Source: an uncultured virus (IMG/VR IMGVR_UViG_3300038393_002953) (taxonomy: Duplodnaviria; Heunggongvirae; Uroviricota; Caudoviricetes). Taken from it: a stretch of 20,000 nt of DNA. The position numbers were made by a program, and so were the translations under genes. The notes beneath the pieces are model-generated. The model did no database searches. It saw only the letters and a program-made list of their open reading frames with translations, and had not been told where the DNA came from. Shown in pieces: positions 1 to 7,814 of this stretch (position 1 is its first letter; every line of letters begins with the position of its first letter). Location: IMG/VR virus record IMGVR_UViG_3300038393_002953. One strand, given 5' to 3'.

Positions 1-2
1 CC

Positions 3-680
3 GGGTATTGGTTCGAACACGCCATCGCCGGGGTCTCCATGCCCAGCCGCGACGGCCACGACCGCCAGGCGCTCGTTCAGACCTTCGTGCCCCGCCAGGA
101 GCTGTTCCTGGTGCGCGAGCCGAACAACGAGTTCGACCGCAACGCGATCAAGATCGTGGACCAGTACGGTCGCAGCCCGGGCTACGTCTCGGCCAAGCCT
201 GCCGACTGGTGGGGCATCCCGGGCGGGCTCGCGGGCTTCCTGGCCGAACGCATGGACAAGGGGGAGGTCTGGCGCGCTTTCGTGGTCGGCGTCTTCGGCG
301 GCAAGCCCATGTACGGCAAGCCCACCTGGGGCTGCCGCGTCTGCTTCGTCATGCTGAAGGGAGCGCCCTTCTCGCTGACCTCGCGCTTGCCGCTGGGCGA
401 GCAGACCTGGCGCGACGACGGCCTGCCGTTCCCCGACGATGCCGCCGCGATGCTCGCGACGATCATGCCGCAGGCGGGCGCGCTGCCCGAGTCCTGGCAG
501 GCCTACCTGGCGCAGGTGTCCTTTGCGGTGAACCGCTTCGGCGGCGCGCCCCTGGTCGTGCGCAACGCGCTGCGCGGCCTGCTGGGCCTCCCGGCGCTGT
601 CCGAGATCGTGGTGCCCGCCCAGCGCGACCACGAGCCCCAGCCGGTCGCGGCCAACGACGACTGGGACACCTATGCCTAG
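3..680 (+). CDS. HIRAN-domain protein (5'-truncated by window edge)
   Basis: Frame is open from position 3 (GYWFEHAIAGVSM...). HIRAN-like motifs: IAGVS, LVREPNNEFDRNAIKI, GYV. Confidence 0.75.
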   Translation, partial: GYWFEHAIAGVSMPSRDGHDRQALVQTFVPRQELFLVREPNNEFDRNAIKIVDQYGRSPGYVSAKPADWWGIPGGLAGFLAERMDKGEVWRAFVVGVFGGKPMYGKPTWGCRVCFVMLKGAPFSLTSRLPLGEQTWRDDGLPFPDDAAAMLATIMPQAGALPESWQAYLAQVSFAVNRFGGAPLVVRNALRGLLGLPALSEIVVPAQRDHEPQPVAANDDWDTYA

Positions 681-1053
681 CGAGCTGATCTTCTCGTCGT
701 TCGCCCAGGCCAAGAAGCGCAAGGGCCAGCCGCTCTACTCGATCGCGCTGTTCTCGCCCCAGGGCGTCTCGGGCATGCGCGAGCTGCCGGTCTTCTACCC
801 GACGGAGTACATGCTCGCCCAGAGCAAGGCCGGTGCCATGCCCTGGGCGGAGTATGTCGAGCGCTTCTACGGCCTGCTGCTGGAGCGCCACGAGCGCGTC
901 GTCGCCCAGCTGGAGCGCCTGCCCGAGCGCGCCGTGCTGTGCTGCTGGTGTTCGCTCAAGCCGACCGCCGCAGACCCGGCGCCGCATTGCCACCGCCAGC
1001 TCGTGGCGGCCTACCTGGAGCGCAACTTCGCGATCCGGGCCCTCGTGGAGTGA
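673..1053 (+). CDS. DUF488-like protein
   Basis: W..YVERF..LL, then LCCWC and CHRQLVAAYL, typical of the DUF488 family. Overlaps the upstream stop. Confidence 0.65.
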   Translation: MPSELIFSSFAQAKKRKGQPLYSIALFSPQGVSGMRELPVFYPTEYMLAQSKAGAMPWAEYVERFYGLLLERHERVVAQLERLPERAVLCCWCSLKPTAADPAPHCHRQLVAAYLERNFAIRALVE

Positions 1054-1055
1054 GC

Positions 1056-1349
1056 ATGAAGGACGACCTCAAACCCGTTCGCAAGATCATCCCGCCGCCG
1101 CTACTGGGTCCGCGCGCCGAGCCCCGCGCCCACGATCACCCCTGCAAGCATTGCCCGTCCGCGCACCACCCTGACGATCCCGAGTCGGCGGAAATCAAGA
1201 CCTGGCCCCACGAGGAGCGCCTGAAGACGGCCTTCCCCTGCGGCTGGAACGGGCGGCGCTACTGCAAGGGCTACTGCGACCAAATGGGCCTCTCGGACGC
1301 CGACCTGGTGCGGCTCCAGGCCATGCAAGACAGAGGAGAAGTCGGATGA
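1056..1349 (+). CDS. Cys/His-rich hypothetical protein
   Basis: ATG at 1056 just after the upstream TGA, preceded by GGAG. Contains HPCKHCP and FPCGW...CKGYC. ATGA overlap with the next gene. Confidence 0.65.
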   Translation: MKDDLKPVRKIIPPPLLGPRAEPRAHDHPCKHCPSAHHPDDPESAEIKTWPHEERLKTAFPCGWNGRRYCKGYCDQMGLSDADLVRLQAMQDRGEVG

Positions 1350-1666
1350 GCGATACCAAACCCGTCGAGACCCAACGCGGCTGGACCTTCCAGGCCAACA
1401 AGAAGGGCGTGATCCCTGTCGAGGTCAAGCTGGACCAGTGGAATAAGCGCTATTTCAACGGTAAGCGCCTCGACGCGAAGGGCGAGGTCCAGCCGGGGCA
1501 CATCTACGTGGCGGTCGAGCAGTTCTTCCTCGACCCTGAGGAGGCCCGCCAGAAGCTCGTGGAGTACCATGAGGAGACGCTCAAGAAGCACCTGGAGAAC
1601 GCCGAGAAGACCCGCGCGAGTCTCGCCAGGGTCCGCGCGCAGAAGCTGAGCAAGGAGGCGCCATGA
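1346..1666 (+). CDS. hypothetical protein
   Basis: AGGAG RBS, ATGA overlaps at both ends, GC3-biased codons, coiled-coil-like C-terminus. Confidence 0.75.
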   Translation: MSDTKPVETQRGWTFQANKKGVIPVEVKLDQWNKRYFNGKRLDAKGEVQPGHIYVAVEQFFLDPEEARQKLVEYHEETLKKHLENAEKTRASLARVRAQKLSKEAP

Positions 1667-2079
1667 ACCAGAGCGAGATCGACCCCGAGATCCAGGCTTG
1701 CCGCGACGCGATCGAGGGGGCCCTCAACGACGAGTCCCAGGGCATGGGCGAGGTCGCCGACGCGCTATTCCGCTACGTCTCGGTGCTGGAGCGGCGCATG
1801 CGCCTGCCCCAGTTCCGCCCGCATGATCCCGAGGACGGCGCGCCCAGGCCGACGGGCTGGTATATCTCCGGCGATCCCGTCGAGGGTTCCGACGGCTTCT
1901 CGCTGGTCGGGCTGATCGAGGGCCCCTCGCATCTCAACCACAACCGCCCTTTCGTGGTCTACAGCGGCGAACGGCGCGAGCTGCTGGGCTTCGCCAGCGA
2001 GGGCGTCCTGGATCACGAGATCCTCAAGGTCGTCCGGGAGCAGAACCGAGAGGCCACCCGCATCATGTGGGTGGCCTAG
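1663..2079 (+). CDS. hypothetical protein
   Basis: AAGGAGG RBS, ATGA overlap, GC3-biased codons. Confidence 0.75.
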   Translation: MNQSEIDPEIQACRDAIEGALNDESQGMGEVADALFRYVSVLERRMRLPQFRPHDPEDGAPRPTGWYISGDPVEGSDGFSLVGLIEGPSHLNHNRPFVVYSGERRELLGFASEGVLDHEILKVVREQNREATRIMWVA

Positions 2080-2102
2080 TCCTTTTGCGGCGCGCGCCGT
2101 TG

Positions 2103-2108
2103 TATAAT
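2103..2108 (+). promoter_or_regulatory. possible -10 element (TATAAT)
   Basis: Perfect TATAAT in a short intergenic gap of a GC-rich sequence, but no convincing -35 at 17 bp. Confidence 0.4.
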
Positions 2109-2143
2109 GTTTGAAGAAACTCCCGAAACGAGGCCCTGACAGG

Positions 2144-2467
2144 ATGGGATACCCGAAACCAGAGCCGAGGGCGTGGTGCCACTTCCAGGGCGAATGGTGG
2201 TGGTGTCACGACCTCTTCCCCTACCAGGGGCAGCAGTACGCGATGCTCATGCGCGAGACCCCGATCGAGCGCGTCACCTTCGGCCAAGTCGAGGGCAGTC
2301 GGTTGATCCTGCCACCGCCGGGCCTCTACCAGCGCGTGGTCCAGGCCTTCGAGAGCCGGTTGACGCTGCAACTCATGGAGCAAGGAGAGTCGGCCCTCCC
2401 GCGCGTCGGGGAGTTCGAGGAGGACCGCCGCATGATCGAGCTATTCGAAAGGGAAAGCGAGCTATGA
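2144..2467 (+). CDS. hypothetical protein
   Basis: ORF 2111..2467. ATG 2144 preferred because it lies downstream of the TATAAT. ATGA overlap with the next gene. Confidence 0.65.
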   Translation: MGYPKPEPRAWCHFQGEWWWCHDLFPYQGQQYAMLMRETPIERVTFGQVEGSRLILPPPGLYQRVVQAFESRLTLQLMEQGESALPRVGEFEEDRRMIELFERESEL

Positions 2468-2706
2468 ACAACTACGGCAACCAGGCGCTCACCGCGCTCG
2501 GCCAGAACACCTGGCGGCTGGAGACCCGCCTCAAGGAGAAGGATCTGCGCCGCCTCCTGACGGGCTTCCGGACCATCGAGTTGAAGGAGTTCAAGGACGA
2601 TCCGAACGACCGCAACCTGCACGTCGCGGTCCTCTACGACTGGCGCAACACTCTGGGCTACGCCCACTACCGCGACATGTTCTTCCGCGCTATGTACGGC
2701 ACCTAG
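2464..2706 (+). CDS. hypothetical protein
   Basis: MNNYGNQALTALG... starts at an ATGA overlap and ends just before a terminator. Confidence 0.7.
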   Translation: MNNYGNQALTALGQNTWRLETRLKEKDLRRLLTGFRTIELKEFKDDPNDRNLHVAVLYDWRNTLGYAHYRDMFFRAMYGT

Positions 2707-2726
2707 CTCGATCCGAGCAAGCAAAG

Positions 2727-2758
2727 GGCCCCGCCGATGGCGGGGCCTCTCCTTTTTT
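2727..2758 (+). terminator. rho-independent terminator between convergent operons
   Basis: GGCCCCGCC-GAT-GGCGGGGCC stem-loop (2727-2747) followed by a T-run, with AAA upstream. Confidence 0.8.
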
Positions 2759-2773
2759 CTGGGGGGTCGGAGC

Positions 2774-2944
2774 TTATAGGGATCTCGCCTGGCAGGCCTT
2801 GCATAGGCGTCTCCCCTCCTGGTGGCTATAGGGGCTCAGTTTGCTCATGGGGAATCCGCACTGAGCGTATGAGGCGCCTTCGAGTACCAGGTGGGTGCTG
2901 CGGTGGCGCCCCTTCACGGCGGGCCTTATCGTATACATGGGCAT
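2774..2944 (-). CDS. small Cys-containing hypothetical protein
   Basis: MPMYTIRP...H...CG...CKAC. GAGG lies upstream of ATG 2944. Confidence 0.55.
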   Translation of the reverse strand: MPMYTIRPAVKGRHRSTHLVLEGASYAQCGFPMSKLSPYSHQEGRRLCKACQARSL

Positions 2945-2968
2945 GGAAGACTGCCTCTTGTCAGGACT
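2941..2968 (-). repeat. 28-bp junction element, core GAGGCA
   Basis: AGTCCTGACAA GAGGCA GTCTTCCATGC. Confidence 0.5.
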
Positions 2969-3173
2969 GGCCGAGGCGGCGCAGCATCCCGCCGTATTGC
3001 TCGTTGGTCTCGTCGAGTGCTGCCTGGAAGTCAAGGTCGCGGATCGCGTCGGTCTTGGAGGGCCTGAGGAATAAGCCCCTCAAGCGTTCTTGTTCGTCCC
3101 TTGCCGCCGTGCAGCAGGCTTGATGGCCCTCGACGCCGCAGTACCGGCAGCGGTAGATATCGGGGTTCGGCAC
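2961..3173 (-). CDS. hypothetical protein
   Basis: 70 aa, GTG start, N-terminal CRYCG...CC. Fills the gap in a tightly packed operon. Confidence 0.55.
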   Translation of the reverse strand: MPNPDIYRCRYCGVEGHQACCTAARDEQERLRGLFLRPSKTDAIRDLDFQAALDETNEQYGGMLRRLGQS

Positions 3174-3201
3174 TGGTCAGATCCTCATCCAGGTCATGAG
3201 C
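3174..3201 (-). repeat. 28-bp junction element, core GGATGA
   Basis: GCTCATGACCT GGATGA GGATCTGACCA. Confidence 0.55.
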
Positions 3202-3700
3202 GCGCCGAGGCGTGGACGTACATCTTCCGGAAGTCCCCCTCCTCGGGGGTGAAGGACTCGTGGCAGGTCATACAGTAGACGCCGTGCGTCAGCATCTCGG
3301 AGACCTGGAGCTTGGAGTCGATACGTCCGATCATCGGGTTCTCGCCGCACTCTGCGCAGCAGTCCAGCCGATAGTCCCGCTTGATGATGTTGCCCGACTC
3401 GTCGCAAAGCTCCTCCAGCGCGGCCTCGATCTGGTCGCTCGTGAGGGGGCTGTCACCTTCGCCCAGGTGTTGCCGGACCGACCACGGGCTATACAGCACA
3501 GCGCCTTCCGTCTCCATCGACTCGATAGCCCGGCGCACGATGTCGCGAGGTGCCATTGAACTGGCCTGTGTGGACATAAGGGCCTTGAAGGCCGCCTCGT
3601 ACTCGCCTTTGGCCTTGCGCTCCTTGGTGGCCGCCTCGCTGGCCTCGTCGTGCGCCTTGATGTACGCCTGTTTCAGCGCCTCCACGGTTGCTTCGGTCAT
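3194..3700 (-). CDS. hypothetical protein (N-terminal helix/coiled coil, C-terminal CxxC...CxxC zinc ribbon)
   Basis: AAGGGG RBS. CAECG and CMTC motifs. Confidence 0.75.
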   Translation of the reverse strand: MTEATVEALKQAYIKAHDEASEAATKERKAKGEYEAAFKALMSTQASSMAPRDIVRRAIESMETEGAVLYSPWSVRQHLGEGDSPLTSDQIEAALEELCDESGNIIKRDYRLDCCAECGENPMIGRIDSKLQVSEMLTHGVYCMTCHESFTPEEGDFRKMYVHASARS

Positions 3701-3725
3701 ATGGTCCCCTTCTTGAGAACGTAGA

Positions 3726-3947
3726 CTATGTGGATTCGCCGCGCTTATAGGCCTCCACCCAGTTCCGCAGGGCGATGGTCGCCAGGCGCCGCGTGCGATA
3801 GCCGGTCATCGGGACCGACTTGAGGGGCACGTGCCAGCTCCAGGTCTTGCCGTTCCGGCGCACGTCGCCGATGTAGCTGATGCCGTCGTAGACCTCGTAG
3901 TTCGCCCCGTGGCCCAGCGACGTGCCCGTGTTGATGTACTTGAGCAT
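3726..3947 (-). CDS. small hypothetical protein
   Basis: GGAGG RBS. YEVY...IGDVRR...W...GYRTRRLA pattern shared with 11546..11734. Confidence 0.7.
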   Translation of the reverse strand: MLKYINTGTSLGHGANYEVYDGISYIGDVRRNGKTWSWHVPLKSVPMTGYRTRRLATIALRNWVEAYKRGEST

Positions 3948-3965
3948 TGGTCCTCCAGATTTGCT

Positions 3966-4259
3966 TTAGGGTTTGCGCTCGTCCGCCCGTTCCCCGCCCA
4001 GCTCGGGCGCGTCGCCCTCTTGCTGGGTAATGGGGATCGGGGTGGTCTTCTTGCTGCGCCAGGCTGGCGGGAACCCGTTCTCGTCGGAACCCCACGGGAT
4101 GACCCAGCCGCCCCAGCCCCACTCCAGAATCGAGCCGTCCTCGAAATGTACCTCCTTCACGCCAGGGATGCCCATCTCGTCGGGCGGTGTGCCATAGTGG
4201 CTCTCGGTCCGTGACTTGATGATTTTCAGCGCCTTGCGGGCTTGTGATTCGTTGCTCAT
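3966..4259 (-). CDS. Trp/Gly-rich hypothetical protein
   Basis: GAGG RBS and an upstream extended -10 element. Confidence 0.7.
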   Translation of the reverse strand: MSNESQARKALKIIKSRTESHYGTPPDEMGIPGVKEVHFEDGSILEWGWGGWVIPWGSDENGFPPAWRSKKTTPIPITQQEGDAPELGGERADERKP

Positions 4260-4277
4260 GACTTCCTCTATAGGCGC

Positions 4278-4286
4278 ATTTTACCA
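4278..4286 (-). promoter_or_regulatory. extended -10 promoter element (TGG-TAAAAT)
   Basis: TGnTAAAAT in a 61-bp intergenic gap upstream of 3966..4259. Confidence 0.45.
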
Positions 4287-4320
4287 GGCATTCAGGCGCG
4301 GACTTGGGTACGGATCTGCG

Positions 4321-4674
4321 CTAGGTCGCCGGCTTCAAGGCGTGCCGGATGGCGCGCCGCCAGTTGCCAACCTCGCAGGTGCAGTAGGCGGGGTGGCTGC
4401 CGGGGCAATCGTCCCCGTGTTCGCCGTACCGCTCCATCTTGTGGTCCAGGGACTGCATCGCCATTCGGAGGCGGTCCACCTCGGCGATCAGCGCCCGCAG
4501 GTAGGGCGGCACATACTCGTCGCTCATCTTGCCGCCGCTGCAGACGTAAGGGTGCGTCAGCCAGTCGGCGACGGCCCGAGCCGCGCCTAGATCGACAACG
4601 TCACCAGGCACCGGGGCGGGGACGCCCTCGAATCTCTCGACCAACTCGCGGACGGTGGGGCTTGGATCGGGCAC
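4321..4674 (-). CDS. hypothetical protein
   Basis: GTG start after AAAGGAGG. LRALIAEVDRLR phage-type helix and H..DC...CTC motif. Confidence 0.65.
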   Translation of the reverse strand: MPDPSPTVRELVERFEGVPAPVPGDVVDLGAARAVADWLTHPYVCSGGKMSDEYVPPYLRALIAEVDRLRMAMQSLDHKMERYGEHGDDCPGSHPAYCTCEVGNWRRAIRHALKPAT

Positions 4675-4686
4675 GTCGCGCCCTCC

Positions 4687-4714
4687 TTTCGTGGGAATGC
4701 CTCTTATCGCTCGT
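4687..4714 (-). repeat. 28-bp junction element, core GAGGCA
   Basis: ACGAGCGATAA GAGGCA TTCCCACGAAA. Confidence 0.65.
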
Positions 4715-5186
4715 TCTTCCGGGCCTCGAAGGCGGCCTGGTCCTGGGGCACGCCGCAGAAGTTGACCCGGCGGAACACCTCCCAGGCTTCCTCGTCCGTG
4801 AGGTCGTGGACTACGAAGATCGACAGCCCCATATTGCTGAAGCGTCGCCGGTCCCCGCCTGTCCACTCGTTGAAGGTGTAGCCCTGGTACGGGAAGCACC
4901 CGTCCATAAACTCCATCAGCGCGGTCAGGCGTTGCTTGCCGTCCACCACTTCGCGCCAGGGGCCTTCCGAACCCGCGTCGTGGTGGCGCAAGTAGAGCGG
5001 CGGCACGCCGAGCCCGCCGATGAACGAGTCGATCAACAGGGCCTTCTGCTCGGGCGTCCAAACGTGACCGCGCTGGTAAGGCGCGTCCAGGTTGAACTCC
5101 CCTCTCTCGTACTGCATGTGGATGCCGAATAGGGTCTCGTTATGGGCGGTCACATTGAAGCGCCGCTTGAGTTCAAAACCGGCCAA
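4704..5186 (-). CDS. DUF262 (GmrSD N-terminal / ParB-like) domain protein, stand-alone
   Basis: YQRGHVW, LIDS, VVDGKQRLTA and F.RVN are the diagnostic DUF262 motifs. AAGGAGG RBS, TTG start. Confidence 0.85.
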   Translation of the reverse strand: MAGFELKRRFNVTAHNETLFGIHMQYERGEFNLDAPYQRGHVWTPEQKALLIDSFIGGLGVPPLYLRHHDAGSEGPWREVVDGKQRLTALMEFMDGCFPYQGYTFNEWTGGDRRRFSNMGLSIFVVHDLTDEEAWEVFRRVNFCGVPQDQAAFEARKNER

Positions 5187-5197
5187 GGCGGCCTCCT

Positions 5198-5225
5198 TTT
5201 CTAGCGAATCATCCCTATCTAGGCT
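5198..5225 (-). repeat. 28-bp junction element, core GGATGA
   Basis: AGCCTAGATAG GGATGA TTCGCTAGAAA. Confidence 0.55.
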
Positions 5226-5554
5226 CGCTCGACCAGTACCGATGGGACGCGAATCCAGTCGCCGTCAGGGAAGTCGATGACCAGCGTGGCATCGGTGGTT
5301 GTGGGCGTCAGGAACAACGCCTGGGTCACGCGCCCGACCTGGCCCTGATGGACGAAGAAGCCCTCAACATCGGAGCCGTCACCGAAGTACCGCATGCGAC
5401 CACCGCTGCGGACACGGTACTCGCCCTGCACGCGCAGGAGCCTCGCCACCGCCTTCTTGCGTTGGTTGCGCTTCAACCTGACAGCCTGGCCGATGCTGAA
5501 GCCATCAAGCAGGACTTCCGGCGCGTGCTGGTCCACGGAGTAGATGGGCATCAC
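5219..5554 (-). CDS. hypothetical protein (beta-rich, possibly SH3-like)
   Basis: AAAGGAGG RBS. Start is GTG 5554 or ATG 5551. Confidence 0.7.
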   Translation of the reverse strand: MMPIYSVDQHAPEVLLDGFSIGQAVRLKRNQRKKAVARLLRVQGEYRVRSGGRMRYFGDGSDVEGFFVHQGQVGRVTQALFLTPTTTDATLVIDFPDGDWIRVPSVLVERA

Positions 5555-5561
5555 GCCCTCC

Positions 5562-5589
5562 TTTCGTGCTAATGCCTCAACCCTTGCGC
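5562..5589 (-). repeat. 28-bp junction element, core GAGGCA
   Basis: GCGCAAGGGTT GAGGCA TTAGCACGAAA. Confidence 0.6.
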
Positions 5590-5843
5590 TCGGCGGCGCG
5601 TTGCTGCTTCAAATTCTCGGCGGCCTGACCGTGTTCCGCAAAGACAGCCAGGGCACCCTCAACCTCAGGGTTGTCGTAGGCGATGCCGCTCTCGTAGATA
5701 TGCCGAAGCAGAACCGCCCCGGCTCGGCGCAGGTCAAGCACGCACCAACACGCCCAACCGCAACAGCCCTCGAACTTTTTAGCATTGGCGGGGTGAGCAA
5801 CATCCAGGCAAGTCGGGCAATATGTGAAATACACGTCAGACAC
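5577..5843 (-). CDS. Cys-rich hypothetical protein
   Basis: CPTC...CCGWACWC. GTG start directly after the upstream stop. Confidence 0.6.
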   Translation of the reverse strand: MSDVYFTYCPTCLDVAHPANAKKFEGCCGWACWCVLDLRRAGAVLLRHIYESGIAYDNPEVEGALAVFAEHGQAAENLKQQRAAERKG

Positions 5844-5860
5844 TCATCCTTCGCTGGGCT
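5833..5860 (-). repeat. 28-bp junction element, core GGATGA
   Basis: AGCCCAGCGAA GGATGA GTGTCTGACGT. Confidence 0.6.
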
Positions 5861-5993
5861 TGGTCAGCGGGTCGCGGAGGTCCAGCAGCACCTCCAAGAT
5901 GAGCGCCTGGTTCGTCAACAGGGCGCTCTCGGCGTAGGTTCGGCCATAGGGCTCCTGCTCGACCTCGTTCTCAATATCGTGGCGCGTCCTCAT
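5844..5993 (-). CDS. 49-aa hypothetical protein (not in ORF track)
   Basis: Hand-translated MRTRHDIENEVEQEPYGRTYAESALLTNQALILEVLLDLRDPLTKPSEG. AAAGGGG RBS. Confidence 0.65.
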   Translation of the reverse strand: MRTRHDIENEVEQEPYGRTYAESALLTNQALILEVLLDLRDPLTKPSEG

Positions 5994-6001
5994 GGCGCCC
6001 C

Positions 6002-6029
6002 TTTCGCGGTAGTTGTCGCTCTCGCGGCT
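6002..6029 (-). repeat. 28-bp junction element, core CGACAA
   Basis: AGCCGCGAGAG CGACAA CTACCGCGAAA. Confidence 0.7.
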
Positions 6030-6035
6030 TGGTTG

Positions 6036-6305
6036 CTAGTCGTCCACCGCAGCGGCGATGGTATCAAACAGGCGGTTGAAGACCTCCTGGTGCCCCTCGC
6101 ACGACTCGCCGTCCTGGCATGTCTCGCAGTCCTGGACGTGAGCCCGGTAGGTGACCAGGCGCTTACGGAGGCGCTCCAGCTTGGCGCGGTCGGCATCCCA
6201 CTCCGACAGCATCGCTTCAAGCTCCCCGCTATGGACTGGGACGACCTTCCCTGAGGCGCGGGTGCGCGCCACGACGGCCTCTAGCAATTCCCTTCCGGTC
6301 CCCAT
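6036..6305 (-). CDS. hypothetical protein
   Basis: GGGAGG RBS. H..DCETC...C motif. Confidence 0.7.
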   Translation of the reverse strand: MGTGRELLEAVVARTRASGKVVPVHSGELEAMLSEWDADRAKLERLRKRLVTYRAHVQDCETCQDGESCEGHQEVFNRLFDTIAAAVDD

Positions 6306-6315
6306 AGGGGCCTCC

Positions 6316-6343
6316 CTTCGTGGTAGTTAGTGTTCTCGGCGCC
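6316..6343 (-). repeat. 28-bp junction element, core CACTAA
   Basis: GGCGCCGAGAA CACTAA CTACCACGAAG. Confidence 0.7.
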
Positions 6344-6357
6344 TGCTAATTTCCAAA

Positions 6358-6816
6358 CTAGACTCTCGCCAGGGCGTCGGCCAAGAACTCGCCGGGTCCG
6401 AGCTTCACCAAAAGCGGGAACGTCTCACGTTCGATGTCCCGAATAAACTCGTCCCACTTCGAGCCGATGAAGCCGATGAACTTCTCGTTGTTCCCCCGCG
6501 CCTTGTAGCGGGCGAGGTATTCGTCCTTCAGATCGATGGCCGGATAGACCAGCGCGTAGGCGATCCCGTGGTCCTTCAGGGCGCGCCTCACGACGCCATG
6601 GGACGAAATCAAGATGTAGTCCAGCATGCCCCGGTCGATGCTGGCCTGGATGTGTCGCATGTAGTTCGCCGGGAAGTCCGGGTCGCGAATGTCAGGCCCC
6701 AACCACGAGAAGTGGCTGCTGTCTGAGTCCGAAACAACCAAATCGGGTGAGTTCCGCAACACACTCTTTCCAACCCCAGGGAAACCCGCGATGACTTTGG
6801 GTTTTTCGTTACGCAT
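6358..6816 (-). CDS. P-loop NTPase / nucleotide kinase-like protein
   Basis: N-terminal Walker A VIAGFPGVGKS, then DSDSS.F, FP.NY, LVYP and Y..RGN, a small phage kinase-like pattern. Confidence 0.75.
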   Translation of the reverse strand: MRNEKPKVIAGFPGVGKSVLRNSPDLVVSDSDSSHFSWLGPDIRDPDFPANYMRHIQASIDRGMLDYILISSHGVVRRALKDHGIAYALVYPAIDLKDEYLARYKARGNNEKFIGFIGSKWDEFIRDIERETFPLLVKLGPGEFLADALARV

Positions 6817-6838
6817 TGATCCTGTCTCAAATCTGTAT

Positions 6839-7039
6839 TTAGCCTAGTGCCGCTCGTAGGTTGTCGGCTTCACCCCTGGCTTCGTCGCGTTCTCGCTTAA
6901 CCCGTTCGTATGCCTCAACAATTTGGTTACGTTCAGGCCAAGAGAGTTTAAAGCCGAAGCGACAGCGCGGCGGGTCTATGTTACACTCGTTAATAGACTC
7001 AAGGGGCCATAATTCAGCGTCCAATGGTTGATAGGTCAT
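6839..7039 (-). CDS. hypothetical protein
   Basis: MTYQPLDAELWP... with AAGGA RBS and C-terminal ERDEAR coiled coil. Confidence 0.6.
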   Translation of the reverse strand: MTYQPLDAELWPLESINECNIDPPRCRFGFKLSWPERNQIVEAYERVKRERDEARGEADNLRAALG

Positions 7040-7060
7040 AGCTTCATCCTTCTCTTGCGT
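7033..7060 (-). repeat. 28-bp junction element, core GGATGA
   Basis: ACGCAAGAGAA GGATGA AGCTATGACCT. Confidence 0.5.
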
Positions 7061-7262
7061 CGATAGCCTTGAGCATGCGGGCGACTTCCCCGACGAGACC
7101 CAGGTGGCGCTCAGATACAATCAGCACGGCACCCGCGCACCCTTGCACCCCGAAGCCTGCGTATGCCCAACCGTCACGGTCAAGCCGAACTTCGGTGTTC
7201 TCGATGAGGTCAGCCGCGCTGTTAGCGGCAGATTCAAGGATCTTTGAATTTCCGTGTGCCAT
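7044..7262 (-). CDS. hypothetical protein
   Basis: AGGAGG RBS, 72 aa. Confidence 0.65.
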   Translation of the reverse strand: MAHGNSKILESAANSAADLIENTEVRLDRDGWAYAGFGVQGCAGAVLIVSERHLGLVGEVARMLKAIDAREG

Positions 7263-7267
7263 CTATC

Positions 7268-7295
7268 CTCCTGATAAGTTATCCCTCACGCCTCA
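7268..7295 (-). repeat. possible variant junction element, core GGATAA
   Basis: TGAGGCGTGAG GGATAA CTTATCAGGAG (weaker match). Confidence 0.35.
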
Positions 7296-7489
7296 TAATG
7301 CACTCTGCAAAAGGCAGACCACGCGGCATCGTCGCGGCTCATCCATGCCCTAGCCGCTTCGGGAAGGCATTTCGAGCAGGGAAACATCATATCCATGCTG
7401 TGGATCCAGCCAACTACGCAGTACGGGTCGCCGCACTGACTACTCGCCGTTCCGCAGTCCTCACAATGGGGTTCACATCGTTTGCTCAT
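7286..7489 (-). CDS. Cys-rich hypothetical protein
   Basis: GGGAGG RBS. Nine cysteines in 67 aa, including CEDC and CSKC. Confidence 0.65.
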   Translation of the reverse strand: MSKRCEPHCEDCGTASSQCGDPYCVVGWIHSMDMMFPCSKCLPEAARAWMSRDDAAWSAFCRVHYEA

Positions 7490-7499
7490 CGCCCCTCCC

Positions 7500-7527
7500 G
7501 GGTCAGATAATTGTTGTTGTCACGCTT
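7500..7527 (-). repeat. 28-bp junction element, core CAACAA
   Basis: AAGCGTGACAA CAACAA TTATCTGACCC. 7500-7528 is 27/29 identical to 13589-13617. Confidence 0.8.
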
Positions 7528-7777
7528 TGAGCCGCACCGCACGCTGGCGGCGCTCGGTGCGCTTGCGATCGCGAGCCTCCAGCCTGCGGACGCCCTCAGC
7601 CACGTCCGAGATCTCCCACTCGCGCCGGTCGTACACCAGGCACCGGATAGACTGAATGCCACGCTCCCAGCGGTCTTTGCGGACGATCTTGCCGTCTTCC
7701 CGGAACTCCAGGTCTTCCAGCTTGGCATAGCGGAACTCCGGCATGCGGAGGTCTTGCTCGGTGACTTCGCGCTGCAT
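7520..7777 (-). CDS. hypothetical phage protein
   Basis: AAAGGAG RBS before ATG 7777. MQREVTEQDLRMPEFR...EFREDGKIVRKDRWERGI. Confidence 0.75.
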   Translation of the reverse strand: MQREVTEQDLRMPEFRYAKLEDLEFREDGKIVRKDRWERGIQSIRCLVYDRREWEISDVAEGVRRLEARDRKRTERRQRAVRLKA

Positions 7778-7786
7778 CGGCGCTCC

Positions 7787-7814
7787 TTTCGTGGGTTTTA
7801 GTGTTAGCTGACTT
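7787..7814 (-). repeat. 28-bp junction element, core CACTAA
   Basis: AAGTCAGCTAA CACTAA AACCCACGAAA. Confidence 0.65.

Noticed and set aside
3709..3736. Junction element AATCCACATAG TCTACG TTCTCAAGAAG
   Set aside because: The arms fit loosely, but the core is unique in the window, so it was left unassigned and not counted.
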